64,000 nt of DNA from NCBI GenBank assembly GCA_963816395.1, contig CAWFKQ010000016.1:128001-192000 (forward strand), read 5' to 3'. Source of the stretch: an uncultured delta proteobacterium. GTDB taxonomy: Bacteria; Desulfobacterota; Desulfuromonadia; Desulfuromonadales; JACZKF01. Position numbers and translations under genes: made by a program. The notes beneath the pieces were generated by a model that saw only the letters and a program-made list of their open reading frames with translations, did not search any database and had not been told where the DNA came from. Of the stretch, positions 54,837 through 64,000 are shown in pieces (the stretch's first letter is position 1; each line of letters starts with the position of its first letter).

Positions 54837-54894
54837 TTATAAGCCGTTTTCGAGGGCAAGTTTTGAATGATTTATTTGCAATTTCCGGCAGTTG
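54837..54894 (+). repeat. 58-bp dispersed direct repeat, copy 2
   Basis: 50/58 identical to 41973-42030. Confidence 0.8.
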
Positions 54895-55136
54895 ACTTGG
54901 TCCGACCCCGAGAAGGGATGACGCCCGTTTACGGAGGCACGAGCGGTTGCCTCAGCCATCATTCAGGAGCTGCCGCATCTGTCGCTTACGGAGCTGGGAA
55001 GGCAGCTGAACCGCGACATTGCCCCCCTCGGGAGAGGTCGGCCGTAGAATCGAGAGCGAGGCAGTTGACGACGAGCGGTTGCGGGGATTGCTGAATAAAG
55101 TGAAGATACAGCTGAGAGAATAGCAGAAAGGTTAAC
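54895..55136 (+). pseudogene. C-terminal HTH remnant of a REP-associated Y1 (IS200-like) transposase
   Basis: PFTEARAVASAIIQELPHLSLTELGRQLNRDIAPLGR/GRRIE...LRGLLNKVK resembles a DnaA-C/TrpR-like HTH; ends in the GAGAATAGCAGAAAGG motif. Family recognised from memory. Confidence 0.55.
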
Positions 55137-55159
55137 ACATTATTTCTCCAAGCAACTAC

Positions 55160-58100
55160 CTAGATTGCTAGGCTCGGCGGCGGGAACTGGCCGCTCGTGC
55201 TCTGTTGCCAAACATGTTCATAAATACACCTAGCGGTCTCTTGCGTTTCCTTCATAGTGAAAGGTGGAGCGGCAGAATCTGAAAAACGTGATCGAGAATG
55301 AAGACCTCGACTTCGGCCTGGGTCTGCTCCTTCTGGGTCCAACGCTCCAGCGGCGCAAGAAGTTTGGTCAATTCCGCTAGCAATTGCCTGCTGGCCTGCT
55401 TAAGGCGCTCCCGATCTTTTTTGCTCAGGTTATCCTTCCTGAAAAGGTCGAACAGCGCCAGTTCGCTTTCGCTCAGCCCCTCTTCCGCCGCCCGCCGCTG
55501 CTCCGCGTCGAGACCTTTGACCAGATCCACCAGCCTGGCGAAGGTCTCCTCGATGGTCACCCGGTCTTTCTCGCGGTTGTAGTCGGCGATGATCTCCTGA
55601 TATTTTTTGTAGTAATCCATTCGTAGCGGATTGCGCTGGAGCATCTCGGCAAGCTTCTGTTCCAGCAGTCCCGGATATCCTGAAGCGCTGTCGACTTGCG
55701 CTTCACCTTCCTGGCGAACTCGTCGCGCAGTTTCTCCAGATCGATCTTGCTCAGGTCCCAGGTGCGCGGCTCTTCTGGAGATGACACCTGCGGCTGCTGG
55801 GCACGAATGGCCTCATTGACGATCCGGTGCAATTCCTTCAGCAGTTCGGTGACATCCGCCGTGTCACGCCGCTCCGTGAGCTTCTTGTAGATGGCTTCGA
55901 TGTTGTCGTGCCTCTCGGCGTACTCGAAGGCGGACGGCTCCATCAGCAGCGCCTTGAATCGGATGAATACCTGCCGGGCCAGGATTTCGAAGCGCCGCTT
56001 GGCCTCATCGGAGGTGTACACCGCCTCCACGGCGTCGGCCAGGGCCTGGATGCGCACCCAACCCTTGGAGCAGGCTAAGCGGGTCGCATCGAAACCCAAG
56101 CTGCGCAGATGGGCCTCAGTGGCCTCGATCGCCTCGCGCAAGGCCACCACCCGCTCCTCGATCGGCGCGACGATCTCCCCCTCTCCGCCATCCTCATCCC
56201 CCAGGGCATATTGCGCCAGCGCCTCGCGCAGGCTCTTGAGCATGCCGTTGTAATCGACGATCAGGCCGAAATCCTTGCCCGGGTAGACGCGGTTGGCGCG
56301 GGCGATGGCCTGCATCAGCGTGTGGGCCTTCATCGGCTTGTCGATGTAGAGCGTCGAGAGGCATTCCACATCGAAGCCGGTCAGCCACATGGCGCAGACG
56401 ATGGCGACGCGAAAAGGGTGCTGCGGGTCCTTGAAGGCGGCTTCCACATCTACCCGCTTGCCGTCGGCCGTTTCGAACCCGTGCTTCATCACTGCCCGGT
56501 GGGGGATGATGTCGAAGTTCCATTTCTTGAAGTCGGCGACCTCGTTCTGCGCCTCGCTGATGATGATCTCGATGATGGTCTCTTCCAGCCATTTTGCCTG
56601 AGACAGCAGCCGGTCCCTTTGTGCAAAAAGCTTCTGACGTTTCTGCTCGTCCTTCTCACCCGAGAGTTTCGCCACTGCCAAAGCAACTTCCATGCGGACC
56701 GCCATAAGCTTCTTGTGCCAGCGCGGAATGATCCGCTTGTGCATGCGGGCGCAGGTGATCTTGTCGATGCAGACCAGCATCGACTTGCCCGACTCCCAGC
56801 GGGTGGCGCAGTGCTCGACGAAATCGTCGGCGATCTTGTCCAGCCGGTCATCGGCGGTGATGACCTCGTAGTCCTTGCCGAGCAGCTTCTCCAGCAGGGC
56901 GACCTGGTCGGGGTCGAGGTCGGCCTTGGCGACGGCCTCGGCGATGCGGTCGTTGAGATCGAGGCGGGCGATGCCGAGCTTCTCGCCGCGGTTCTCGTAG
57001 ACCAGCTTGACCGTGGCCCCGTCCTCCTCGGAGCGCTTGAAATCGTAGCGGGAGAGTAATCGCCGAAGATGCGCCGGGTCAGGTGGTCGTGCTTGAACAG
57101 AGGCGTGCCGGTGAAGCCGATGAACGCCGCATTGGGCAACGCCAGGCGCATGTTGCGGGCGAGCTTGCCGGCCTGGGTGCGATGCGCCTCGTCGGAAATG
57201 ACGATGATGTCGTCGCGCCGGCTGTAGGGCTCTTCGGGGTCCACGTCCTGGTTGAACTTGTGGATCAGGCTGAAGATGAAGCGATGGTTTTCCTTCAGAA
57301 GTTGTCTGGAGATCCCTGCCGGAGCCGGCCCGGGGCGTCTGCTCGTCGGCCACGCCGCAGCCGACGAAGGTGCGGTAGATCTGGTTGTCGAGATCGTTGC
57401 GGTCGGTCATCAGCACGAAGGTGAAGTTCCCCGGCACCTGGCGCCGGACCTTCTCGGCGAAGAAGGCCATCGAGTAGGATTTGCCGCTCCCCTGGGTGTG
57501 CCAGAAGACGCCGAGCTTGCCGAGGTCCGGATGGGCCGCTTCCACCAGGGGCAGCATCCGCCGGCTCTTCCGGCGTGCAGCAGGGTCGATCTGATCCCCA
57601 TCGGTGGCCTGCTCGTGCGGCAGTTCGATAACGCGGTACTTGAGACGCTTCTCCGGCGGGAACTCTCTTTTCAACTCCTCCTGCCGGATGACCGAAGCGA
57701 CGGCATTATTGACCCCGAGCACCTGATGGTTGCGCGCCACGACCTTGCGCAGTGCCCCCGGCTTGCTGGCATCGAACAGAATGAAGTTCTCGACGATATC
57801 GAGCAGCCGGTCCTTCGCGAGCATGCCGTCGAGCAGCGCCTCGGCCTCCACGCTCCCCTTGTCGCGTTCATCGTGCCGCTTCCACTCGGCGAAATGTTCC
57901 CACTTGCTGGTGATCGAGCCGTAGCGCGCCCGGTGGCCGTTGCTGACGATCAGGAAGGCATTGTGGTGGAAGGCGTGGGCGATGACGTGCTCGTCCAGGT
58001 AGTCCTTCAGGTTGTCGTCGAAGCCGGCGCGGATGTTCTTGTACACCGCCTTCAGCTCGATGAAGACCAGCGGCAGGCCGTTGACGAAGCAGACCAGATC

Positions 58101-58575
58101 GGCCCGGCGGTTGTAGCTGGGGGTTCGCAGGCCGGTGAGCTTGAGTTCGCGCACGGCCAGAAAGCGGTTATTCGGCTCGCCACCCGTGTTCCCATTCTGG
58201 AAATCGATCACCCGCGCCTGGGCATGTCGCAGGGCGCCGCCGCCGTCGCGGTAGCTGACCGGGACCCCGTCGCGGATCAACTTGTAGAAGGATTGGTTGT
58301 GCTGGAGGAGGGAGCGGGTGAAATCGTGGTGGGTCAGGTTGCCGACGGCTTCGTCGACGGCCTTGTCGGGAAGTTGCGGATTGAGCCGTCCGCACCGCCG
58401 CCCGCAGGTCGCGGGTCAGTACCGCCTCGCGGGTGTCGGCGCGCCCCAGCGTGCCGGCGGGGCCGAAAGTCTCCTCATTCCAGGCGTAGACGTTTTCCCA
58501 GCCGAGCACCTTCTCCAGATGCTCGGCGAAGGTCGCCTGAACCAGCCGGTCTTCGCTGTTGATGTCGGTGATCAT
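55160..58575 (-). CDS. hsdR: Type I restriction enzyme R subunit (several frameshifts)
   Basis: RRADLVCFVNGLPLVFIELK nuclease motif, WHTQGSGKS, TDR.DLD, DEAHR, GFTGTP, MWLTGFD, QAIARANR. Confidence 0.93.
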
Positions 58576-58774
58576 GTGCACCTCCCGACGAATACCTTCT
58601 TATGGACATAAACACCCGGCCACCTGATTTATTCAATGGTGTTTTGGTCCATAGAAAAGAGCCGATTATTCAATACTTAAACAAAACGCCGCACTCTATG
58701 GCCGCGTTTCTATGGCCCAGCAATCGAAATTGATGGGGTATTTGTCCATAGACGCTCTGCCTCTCAGTTGTCCT

Positions 58775-60064
58775 TCAGGCTGTCAACCGGTATCGAACCG
58801 GTTTGTTAAGTTTCTCAATTTTCCCCTCGTCAAGAGCACGTTCGAGCCACTCGTTCAGCTGGGCTTTGTTCACATCCATGCAACGAAGCAGCTCTTCCCG
58901 GCTAGCCGGCGCATTTGACGCCAGACTACTGAACCGGCGCAGGAAAAGGCTGTAAAAACTACCGTCCTCGTCGCAGGCCTCTGCTTCCTCGGACGACTGC
59001 GACATCTCCAATGGGGCTGATTTCTCCCGGACATGGCCGGGGTCTGACTTGTGCTCGGAGTAGTCAAAACTGAACAGATCGCCATGGTCTTCATGTGAAG
59101 CGGACGGCAATCCTTCAGCGGACTCAAGCTTGCTGGAGGGATCCGCTGCCGAGAGCGAGGCGAGGTCGAATCTTCCCTCAGGCAACCAGCGTGCCCCCTG
59201 CCGAACCAATTCAGCGTTGCCGGAGCCTTTGTCGGGATTCGGTTTCACCCAGAGCGGCACCCAGCGGTTCTTCAGATCCTCAACAGCTCCGCTCCAGGTG
59301 CCTCCCTTCCCCCGCGTCGAGGAGATGACGACGGCCGCATCGGAGAGGCAGTAGATGTATTTGTTACGAGCCATGGCATTTCCGACATCGAAGCCCGCCT
59401 CTGGGTTGAACGGGCAGAGCAGGACCAGGCTCTTAGCCATGAGTGCTTTTCGGTACTTCGCCGAGGTCGCGGTGCGCAGCAGGCTGTCCGAGAGAACCCC
59501 GACCGCCGTTCCTTCGCACTCCAGCGCCGCCAGCATCGCTGTTTCGTCGACACCCCGGGCGCCACCCGAGACAATGGAGCGCCCCTGCTCGGCGGCAGTC
59601 TCTGCAAGTCGGGAGGTAAAGGCCAGGTCTTCGGAGCTGGCGTCCCTCGATCCGATGATGCCCAGTCCGCCCCGGTTCAACAGGTTGCGGTTGCCGCAGC
59701 CAAAGAGGACGGGGGGAGAGTCTGTTTTCAGAAGTTTTTTCAGCCGACCCGGATACTCCGCATCGGAGCGGGTCAGCACCCATAGGCCGGCACGCTGCCA
59801 TTTCTCCAGAGCCAGCCCGAGGGCACCAGCCCGACCGATCAGAAACCGGATGCGGTCGGGGGTAATTTTGCTGTCCGACCAGCCGGCAAGCAGCTTTCCG
59901 GGTTCACCGGTCAGCAGATCGCCGGGGGACAGTTCCCTTCCCTTCAGCCAGAGGGCAAAGCGCCCCCATTCGGTCGGGGTCAACGGGCGCGGGTCTTCTT
60001 TCGCCGGTTTGGTGAACCAGGCGGTCAGCAACAGGACCGCCTGAGTCTGTACGCTGATGGTCAT
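58775..60064 (-). CDS. DprA/Smf (SLOG-fold) protein with a C-terminal winged-helix-like tail
   Basis: YP..L....SPPVLFG.GN, IIGSR, VSGGARGVD, AMARNKYIY.LS, GGTWSGA; starts 1 nt after the recQ stop. Confidence 0.88.
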   Translation of the reverse strand: MTISVQTQAVLLLTAWFTKPAKEDPRPLTPTEWGRFALWLKGRELSPGDLLTGEPGKLLAGWSDSKITPDRIRFLIGRAGALGLALEKWQRAGLWVLTRSDAEYPGRLKKLLKTDSPPVLFGCGNRNLLNRGGLGIIGSRDASSEDLAFTSRLAETAAEQGRSIVSGGARGVDETAMLAALECEGTAVGVLSDSLLRTATSAKYRKALMAKSLVLLCPFNPEAGFDVGNAMARNKYIYCLSDAAVVISSTRGKGGTWSGAVEDLKNRWVPLWVKPNPDKGSGNAELVRQGARWLPEGRFDLASLSAADPSSKLESAEGLPSASHEDHGDLFSFDYSEHKSDPGHVREKSAPLEMSQSSEEAEACDEDGSFYSLFLRRFSSLASNAPASREELLRCMDVNKAQLNEWLERALDEGKIEKLNKPVRYRLTA

Positions 60065-60065
60065 C

Positions 60066-62168
60066 TCAGTCTCCACTGCTCGTGCTGGTGAGGGCGACCG
60101 GGAAAACGGGGCCGCTCTCCTGGCGCAACAGCAAGGCGGCAATCACCGTCATTGTCCACGCTGAATCGACCACGTCGTCAACCAGCAGGACGGGTTCGTG
60201 CGGGATGCGTTCGGCAATGGCGAACGCGCCGTCGAGGTTGCGGCACCGGTGATAATTGTTTTGCTGGAACTTCTGCTGGGCATTGTCACGTATCTTCGTA
60301 ACCGCAGGCAAAAACCGCAGGCCCAGCCGTTCGGCGAGTCGGCGCGTGAAATCGGGGACCAGCTCCGGATGGTTTCGCGAAGGGACACAGGTCACCCAGG
60401 CGGGAGGCGGATTCGGCTGCCATTGCTCGCTCACCATCTCAGCCACCGCCTCGACCAATTCATCCCGGAATCGGCCGGCGTGTTTGTCTTCGGCGACCAG
60501 ACGCCCCCAGCCGGCATCGCCCCACCGAGACAGGATACGCCCCTCTTCTGCCTGCAGATCAACCGGCAAGCGATAGGGGAAATTGTAGATCGGAAAACCG
60601 CCGGTGACCGTTTGTTTCCTCGGCTTCAATGGCAACTCGGAATGCCTGAGGAAACGGGCTGCTTCCACCTCCAGACGGTGATCGAAATCCGGCAGTATGA
60701 TCGGGCGCCCCAGACAGCCGGCACATTTGCCGCAGGGCCGGGGATTCGCATCGTCCAGGGCGCGGGCGAGAAATTCCATGAGGCACCCCTGGTGGTTGAT
60801 GTAGCTCTGAACCTCCTGCCACTCCATTTCGCGCTGGCTGGTCAGCCGTTCGATGCGCTCGTGATCCAGCCGATATTCGGTGGGGGTGCGCCGCCACCGC
60901 GAGCCGTCCTTGAAAACGGGCGACGGGTTCTCGACGGACAGGATCTTCAGTACCTTCTCGATCTGCCCCTGAGTGAGATTGATCGCCCGCTGCAAATCGA
61001 TGATCGACATGCCATCGCTTGCTTCGAGAGCATGCAGGAGTGCATTTACATGCCTTTCATCGGGAAAGGCGCTGGTTCGGAAATACTCATGAATCTCCTC
61101 GTCCTCCCGACCGGAGAGGAGCACACCAACCGCCCGGACGATGGCGCGCCCGGCGCGACCCACCTGCTGGTAGTAGGCGACGATTGAGCCAGGTGCCTGG
61201 TAGTGGATGACGAATCCCAGATCGGGCTTGTCATAGCCCATCCCCAGCGCCGTCGTGGCGACCAGCGCTTTGATGCCGTTCCCGAGCAATTGCTTTTCGA
61301 GGTGCTGGCGGTAACCGTCCGAAGTCTCAAACCCCTCACCGGCCACATCGGAGTAATAGGCGCGGGCGGAAATCCCATTCCGGTTCAACCAGGTTGCGAC
61401 CTGATCGGCATCCCGCTTCGTGAGGGTATAGACGATCCCGGTTCCGGGCATGTCCGTCAGGTGCTGTGCCAGCCAGGCAAGGCGCGCCGCCTGATCCGGG
61501 AGGCGCATGGTCTGCAACGCCAGACTCTCACGGATGAGCGAGCCGCGCTGGACCTCGATATTACCAAGTTGAGTACAGATATCTTCAACCACCCGGTCAT
61601 TGGCCGTCGCCGTCGTCCCGAGTACCGGCATGTTCGTCGGCATGGCGCGGAGCACATTGACCAAACGGCGGTAGTCGGGTCGGAAATCGTGCCCCCAGTC
61701 CGAAATGCAATGGGCCTCATCGACCACCATCAGGCCGAGGCGGTTGGCAATGGGAAGCAGTACCTCGCTGACGAACTGATCGTTGGCCAGCCGCTCGGGA
61801 GAGATCAGCACGGCATCGGCTTCGTTGTTCAGCACCCTCTGGATCAGGGGTGGCCAGTCGTCGCGGTTGGTCGAATTGATGGTCAGCGCCCGGATGCCGA
61901 GGCGCGCAGCCCCCTCGAGCTGATTGCGCATCAAAGCCAGCAGCGGCGAGACGATCAGGGTCGGTCCCATTCCCCGGTTGCGCAGGATGCGGGTGGCGAT
62001 GAAATAGACCGAGCTTTTACCCCATCCCGTTCGCTGGACGACCAACAACTTCTGCCGCTGGTTGACCAAAGCATCGATTGCCTCCCACTGGCCGTCGCGA
62101 AACTCGGCAGCGGGTTGGGCAAGCGCCCGGCGCAAGAGTTCGCGGGCTTCCGAAGCTGTTCGTCGCAT
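60066..62168 (-). CDS. RecQ-family helicase with a C-terminal PRTase (ComF-like) domain
   Basis: RTGWGKS, DEAHCISDWGHDFRP, TATA, YYQQVGRAGR, CGKC..C; then VPS...LV..F..RLA and VLLVDDVVDSAWT. No HRDC domain. Confidence 0.9.
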   Translation of the reverse strand: MRRTASEARELLRRALAQPAAEFRDGQWEAIDALVNQRQKLLVVQRTGWGKSSVYFIATRILRNRGMGPTLIVSPLLALMRNQLEGAARLGIRALTINSTNRDDWPPLIQRVLNNEADAVLISPERLANDQFVSEVLLPIANRLGLMVVDEAHCISDWGHDFRPDYRRLVNVLRAMPTNMPVLGTTATANDRVVEDICTQLGNIEVQRGSLIRESLALQTMRLPDQAARLAWLAQHLTDMPGTGIVYTLTKRDADQVATWLNRNGISARAYYSDVAGEGFETSDGYRQHLEKQLLGNGIKALVATTALGMGYDKPDLGFVIHYQAPGSIVAYYQQVGRAGRAIVRAVGVLLSGREDEEIHEYFRTSAFPDERHVNALLHALEASDGMSIIDLQRAINLTQGQIEKVLKILSVENPSPVFKDGSRWRRTPTEYRLDHERIERLTSQREMEWQEVQSYINHQGCLMEFLARALDDANPRPCGKCAGCLGRPIILPDFDHRLEVEAARFLRHSELPLKPRKQTVTGGFPIYNFPYRLPVDLQAEEGRILSRWGDAGWGRLVAEDKHAGRFRDELVEAVAEMVSEQWQPNPPPAWVTCVPSRNHPELVPDFTRRLAERLGLRFLPAVTKIRDNAQQKFQQNNYHRCRNLDGAFAIAERIPHEPVLLVDDVVDSAWTMTVIAALLLRQESGPVFPVALTSTSSGD

Positions 62169-62199
62169 TTCCAGACATAGCCAACACCTTTTTGAATTA

Positions 62200-63438
62200 C
62201 TACATAACTCGATAAATTTCGGATCTTCATCTCCCATCATGAAAGCCCGAAATAGTCCCGTCTTGCGACACTTTAATGCCGACGCCGAGAGTGCTAAGCG
62301 CCTTGGCTGCGGCAAGCCTGCCACCTCCTGTGCTTCCACCCGGAATCTTCAGGATAGCCCCAACTGCAAGGATGGTCCCCTTGTGGTCAATCAGGATCGC
62401 GCCATCAATCGCAACTAGTTCTGTCTAAGCCTGCGGTCTAGTTCTTGGAACTTCTTCGTACCTATAATCGGCGCGAAGATCTTGGCTTTGCTGGACTGTG
62501 CGGGGTTGAGGTGGTCATTTGGAGAGGCTACAATTTCTTTCCATTTGTCTGCGTGGCTACTAATGACGATCCCAATACAAGCGCCCGTACGAGCGAAAGA
62601 CGCATCAATGCACGTTGCATAGACAGCTTTTCGGACCTCTCTACCACCGCGACGGCCTATTTAGTTATTACCGGAGCATGCGTAACAAAATGCCATTGCC
62701 CCCCTCGACGTGCGAATCGCAATTGCTGATCACGGAATATCAAAATCTCGCCTGCGCGGTTTAGGACCAAGGCAATCCGACCGGCTGTTGCCCACTCGGC
62801 GATCCCACCTAAACGGTATGGTGCATACGGCAAAACCTCCTCGGGAGGATTAAGTGTTTCGTAACCAAGGACTTCGCCCTTAAAGTTACAGGTCACAAGG
62901 GTGTCGAAGCCGTTTGAAATTACGGCGCTGAAGCCCTCGTGGCACATATCGCGAAAAGAGACATCTCCAGCTTGATCGCCCGGAATAAAGCCAACCGCCG
63001 CGGCGATTGCTTTTCCTTCGTACTGCTGTCCAGCCCCATCGGCGAATTGGTCGATTACTGCAGTATGATTCCTCTTCCTTCTTGTTAGTGCACAGGGATT
63101 TTGTGATCACAAGAATGCGGGGAATGCCGAGTGTAAATCGGCCTTGTACCATGACCGCAACCCGATTTTTCATCGCGCTTACGACACGAGCAAATGCCGT
63201 TACTACATGGTACTCGGTCAGCGCTCCACCCCTAACCTTTTCAAAAGGCTGGCTTCTGCGAAGGATGAGTCGGTACACATCTGATTTTTCTGCTTTGAAG
63301 TGAATAGTACAGGGATCAACCAATGCAACAAGTCGATCCTTCTTTAGGGATTTTGCCGCCTACCGTCTCAAGTCGGGAGCCGGAAATCAGCGGTTGCAAA
63401 AAATCTTGAGCCAACTCTTGGAGCTGCTTTTTCTCCAT
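62200..63438 (-). CDS. Divergent diadenylate-cyclase (DisA_N) domain protein with a long N-terminal region (multiple frameshifts)
   Basis: ATG 63438 directly after the hsdS stop. Reassembled MEKKQLQELAQDF...QQYEGKAI...VLNRAGEI...ELVAIDGAILIDHKGTILAVGAIL..GGGRLAAAKALS..GIKVSQDG. Confidence 0.72.
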
Positions 63439-64000
63439 TTAGACCTCAATTTCCCCGCTCATCAGCTTCGTCAGCAGCAGGTCGCGAGCGATACGCAGTT
63501 TTTGGTTCTGGAACGTCAGAGTACGTAATTGTGCCACGATGGATTGCACGGTATCGTCGAATGTGCTCAGAAGGGGGTGAGAAGGCACTAAGACAGGATA
63601 CTGCTTCATCTGCTTCCAGTCGGCCCTTGGCATTTTCGAGCCCTCCCGCATACCTTGCGAGGTGGCCGCGATAAAGGGATCGCTGGCGACAGTCGCCAGA
63701 ACGACACCATACAACTCCGGGGCATTCGGTCGGATTATGATGGAATCGGAAGAAGCGACACCGTCAACGAAAGCCACCCCGACCTTGTGAAAGTAGGGGC
63801 GAATCTTGCCGAAGAGGATTTCGCCTGCCCGGAATCTGAGTTTGCTGCTGGTAACCTCTTCGGCCTTTCCCCATTCGGTGAGGGCAATCGACCGCCTCGG
63901 CATGTGCTCCAGGCCAATGTAAGGGGTGTCTGGCTCCAACTCATCGGGGGAGACTGCCTCACGGATATCAAAACATAGATCCCCGAGGGTCTTCCTCTCC
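63439..64000 (-). CDS. hsdS: Type I restriction-modification specificity subunit, 3' part
   Basis: GEILFGKIRPYFHKV, G..MPRADW, C-terminal RDLLL.KLMSGEIEV. Confidence 0.92.
   Translation of the reverse strand, partial: ERKTLGDLCFDIREAVSPDELEPDTPYIGLEHMPRRSIALTEWGKAEEVTSSKLRFRAGEILFGKIRPYFHKVGVAFVDGVASSDSIIIRPNAPELYGVVLATVASDPFIAATSQGMREGSKMPRADWKQMKQYPVLVPSHPLLSTFDDTVQSIVAQLRTLTFQNQKLRIARDLLLTKLMSGEIEV

Noticed and set aside
55557..58581. Programmed frameshifting or phase variation of hsdR
   Set aside because: Several scattered indels with no slippery or simple-repeat tract, the same pattern as in unrelated genes.
58775..60064. Housekeeping competence dprA
   Set aside because: Divergent termini and a position inside an RM operon coupled to RecQ-PRTase, so no gene symbol was assigned.
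62169..62339. 57-aa N-terminal extension of RecQ in the ORF track
   Set aside because: This DNA encodes the DAC C-terminus in another frame; RecQ starts near 62168-62178.

Overview
GC-rich bacterial DNA, probably Desulfuromonadales (inferred from gene content and repeat types). Many conserved genes carry single-base indels, most likely long-read errors, so several genes are reassembled across frames. 1-32 kb is core metabolism: a sigma54-driven 3-hydroxybutyrate/acetoacetate operon with an ABC importer, lactate oxidation genes, a chemoreceptor with a duplicated sensor domain, a CDP-sugar cluster (radical SAM plus three C-methyltransferases), plsY-mltG, and an aminotransferase/CoA-transferase/deacylase/thiolase operon. 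32-55 kb is an accessory mosaic: secreted hydrolases including a phospholipase B-like protein, three NTF2 paralogues, single genes between palindromic repeats, a Y1-transposase remnant, and a complete group II intron (49841-51752) inserted in that transposase's end motif. 55-64 kb is a type I restriction-modification locus whose hsdS-hsdR gap holds three closely packed genes: a divergent diadenylate-cyclase (DisA_N) protein missed by the ORF track, a RecQ helicase-PRTase fusion, and a DprA/SLOG protein. This insert is the best candidate for an undescribed nucleotide-signalling defence module.
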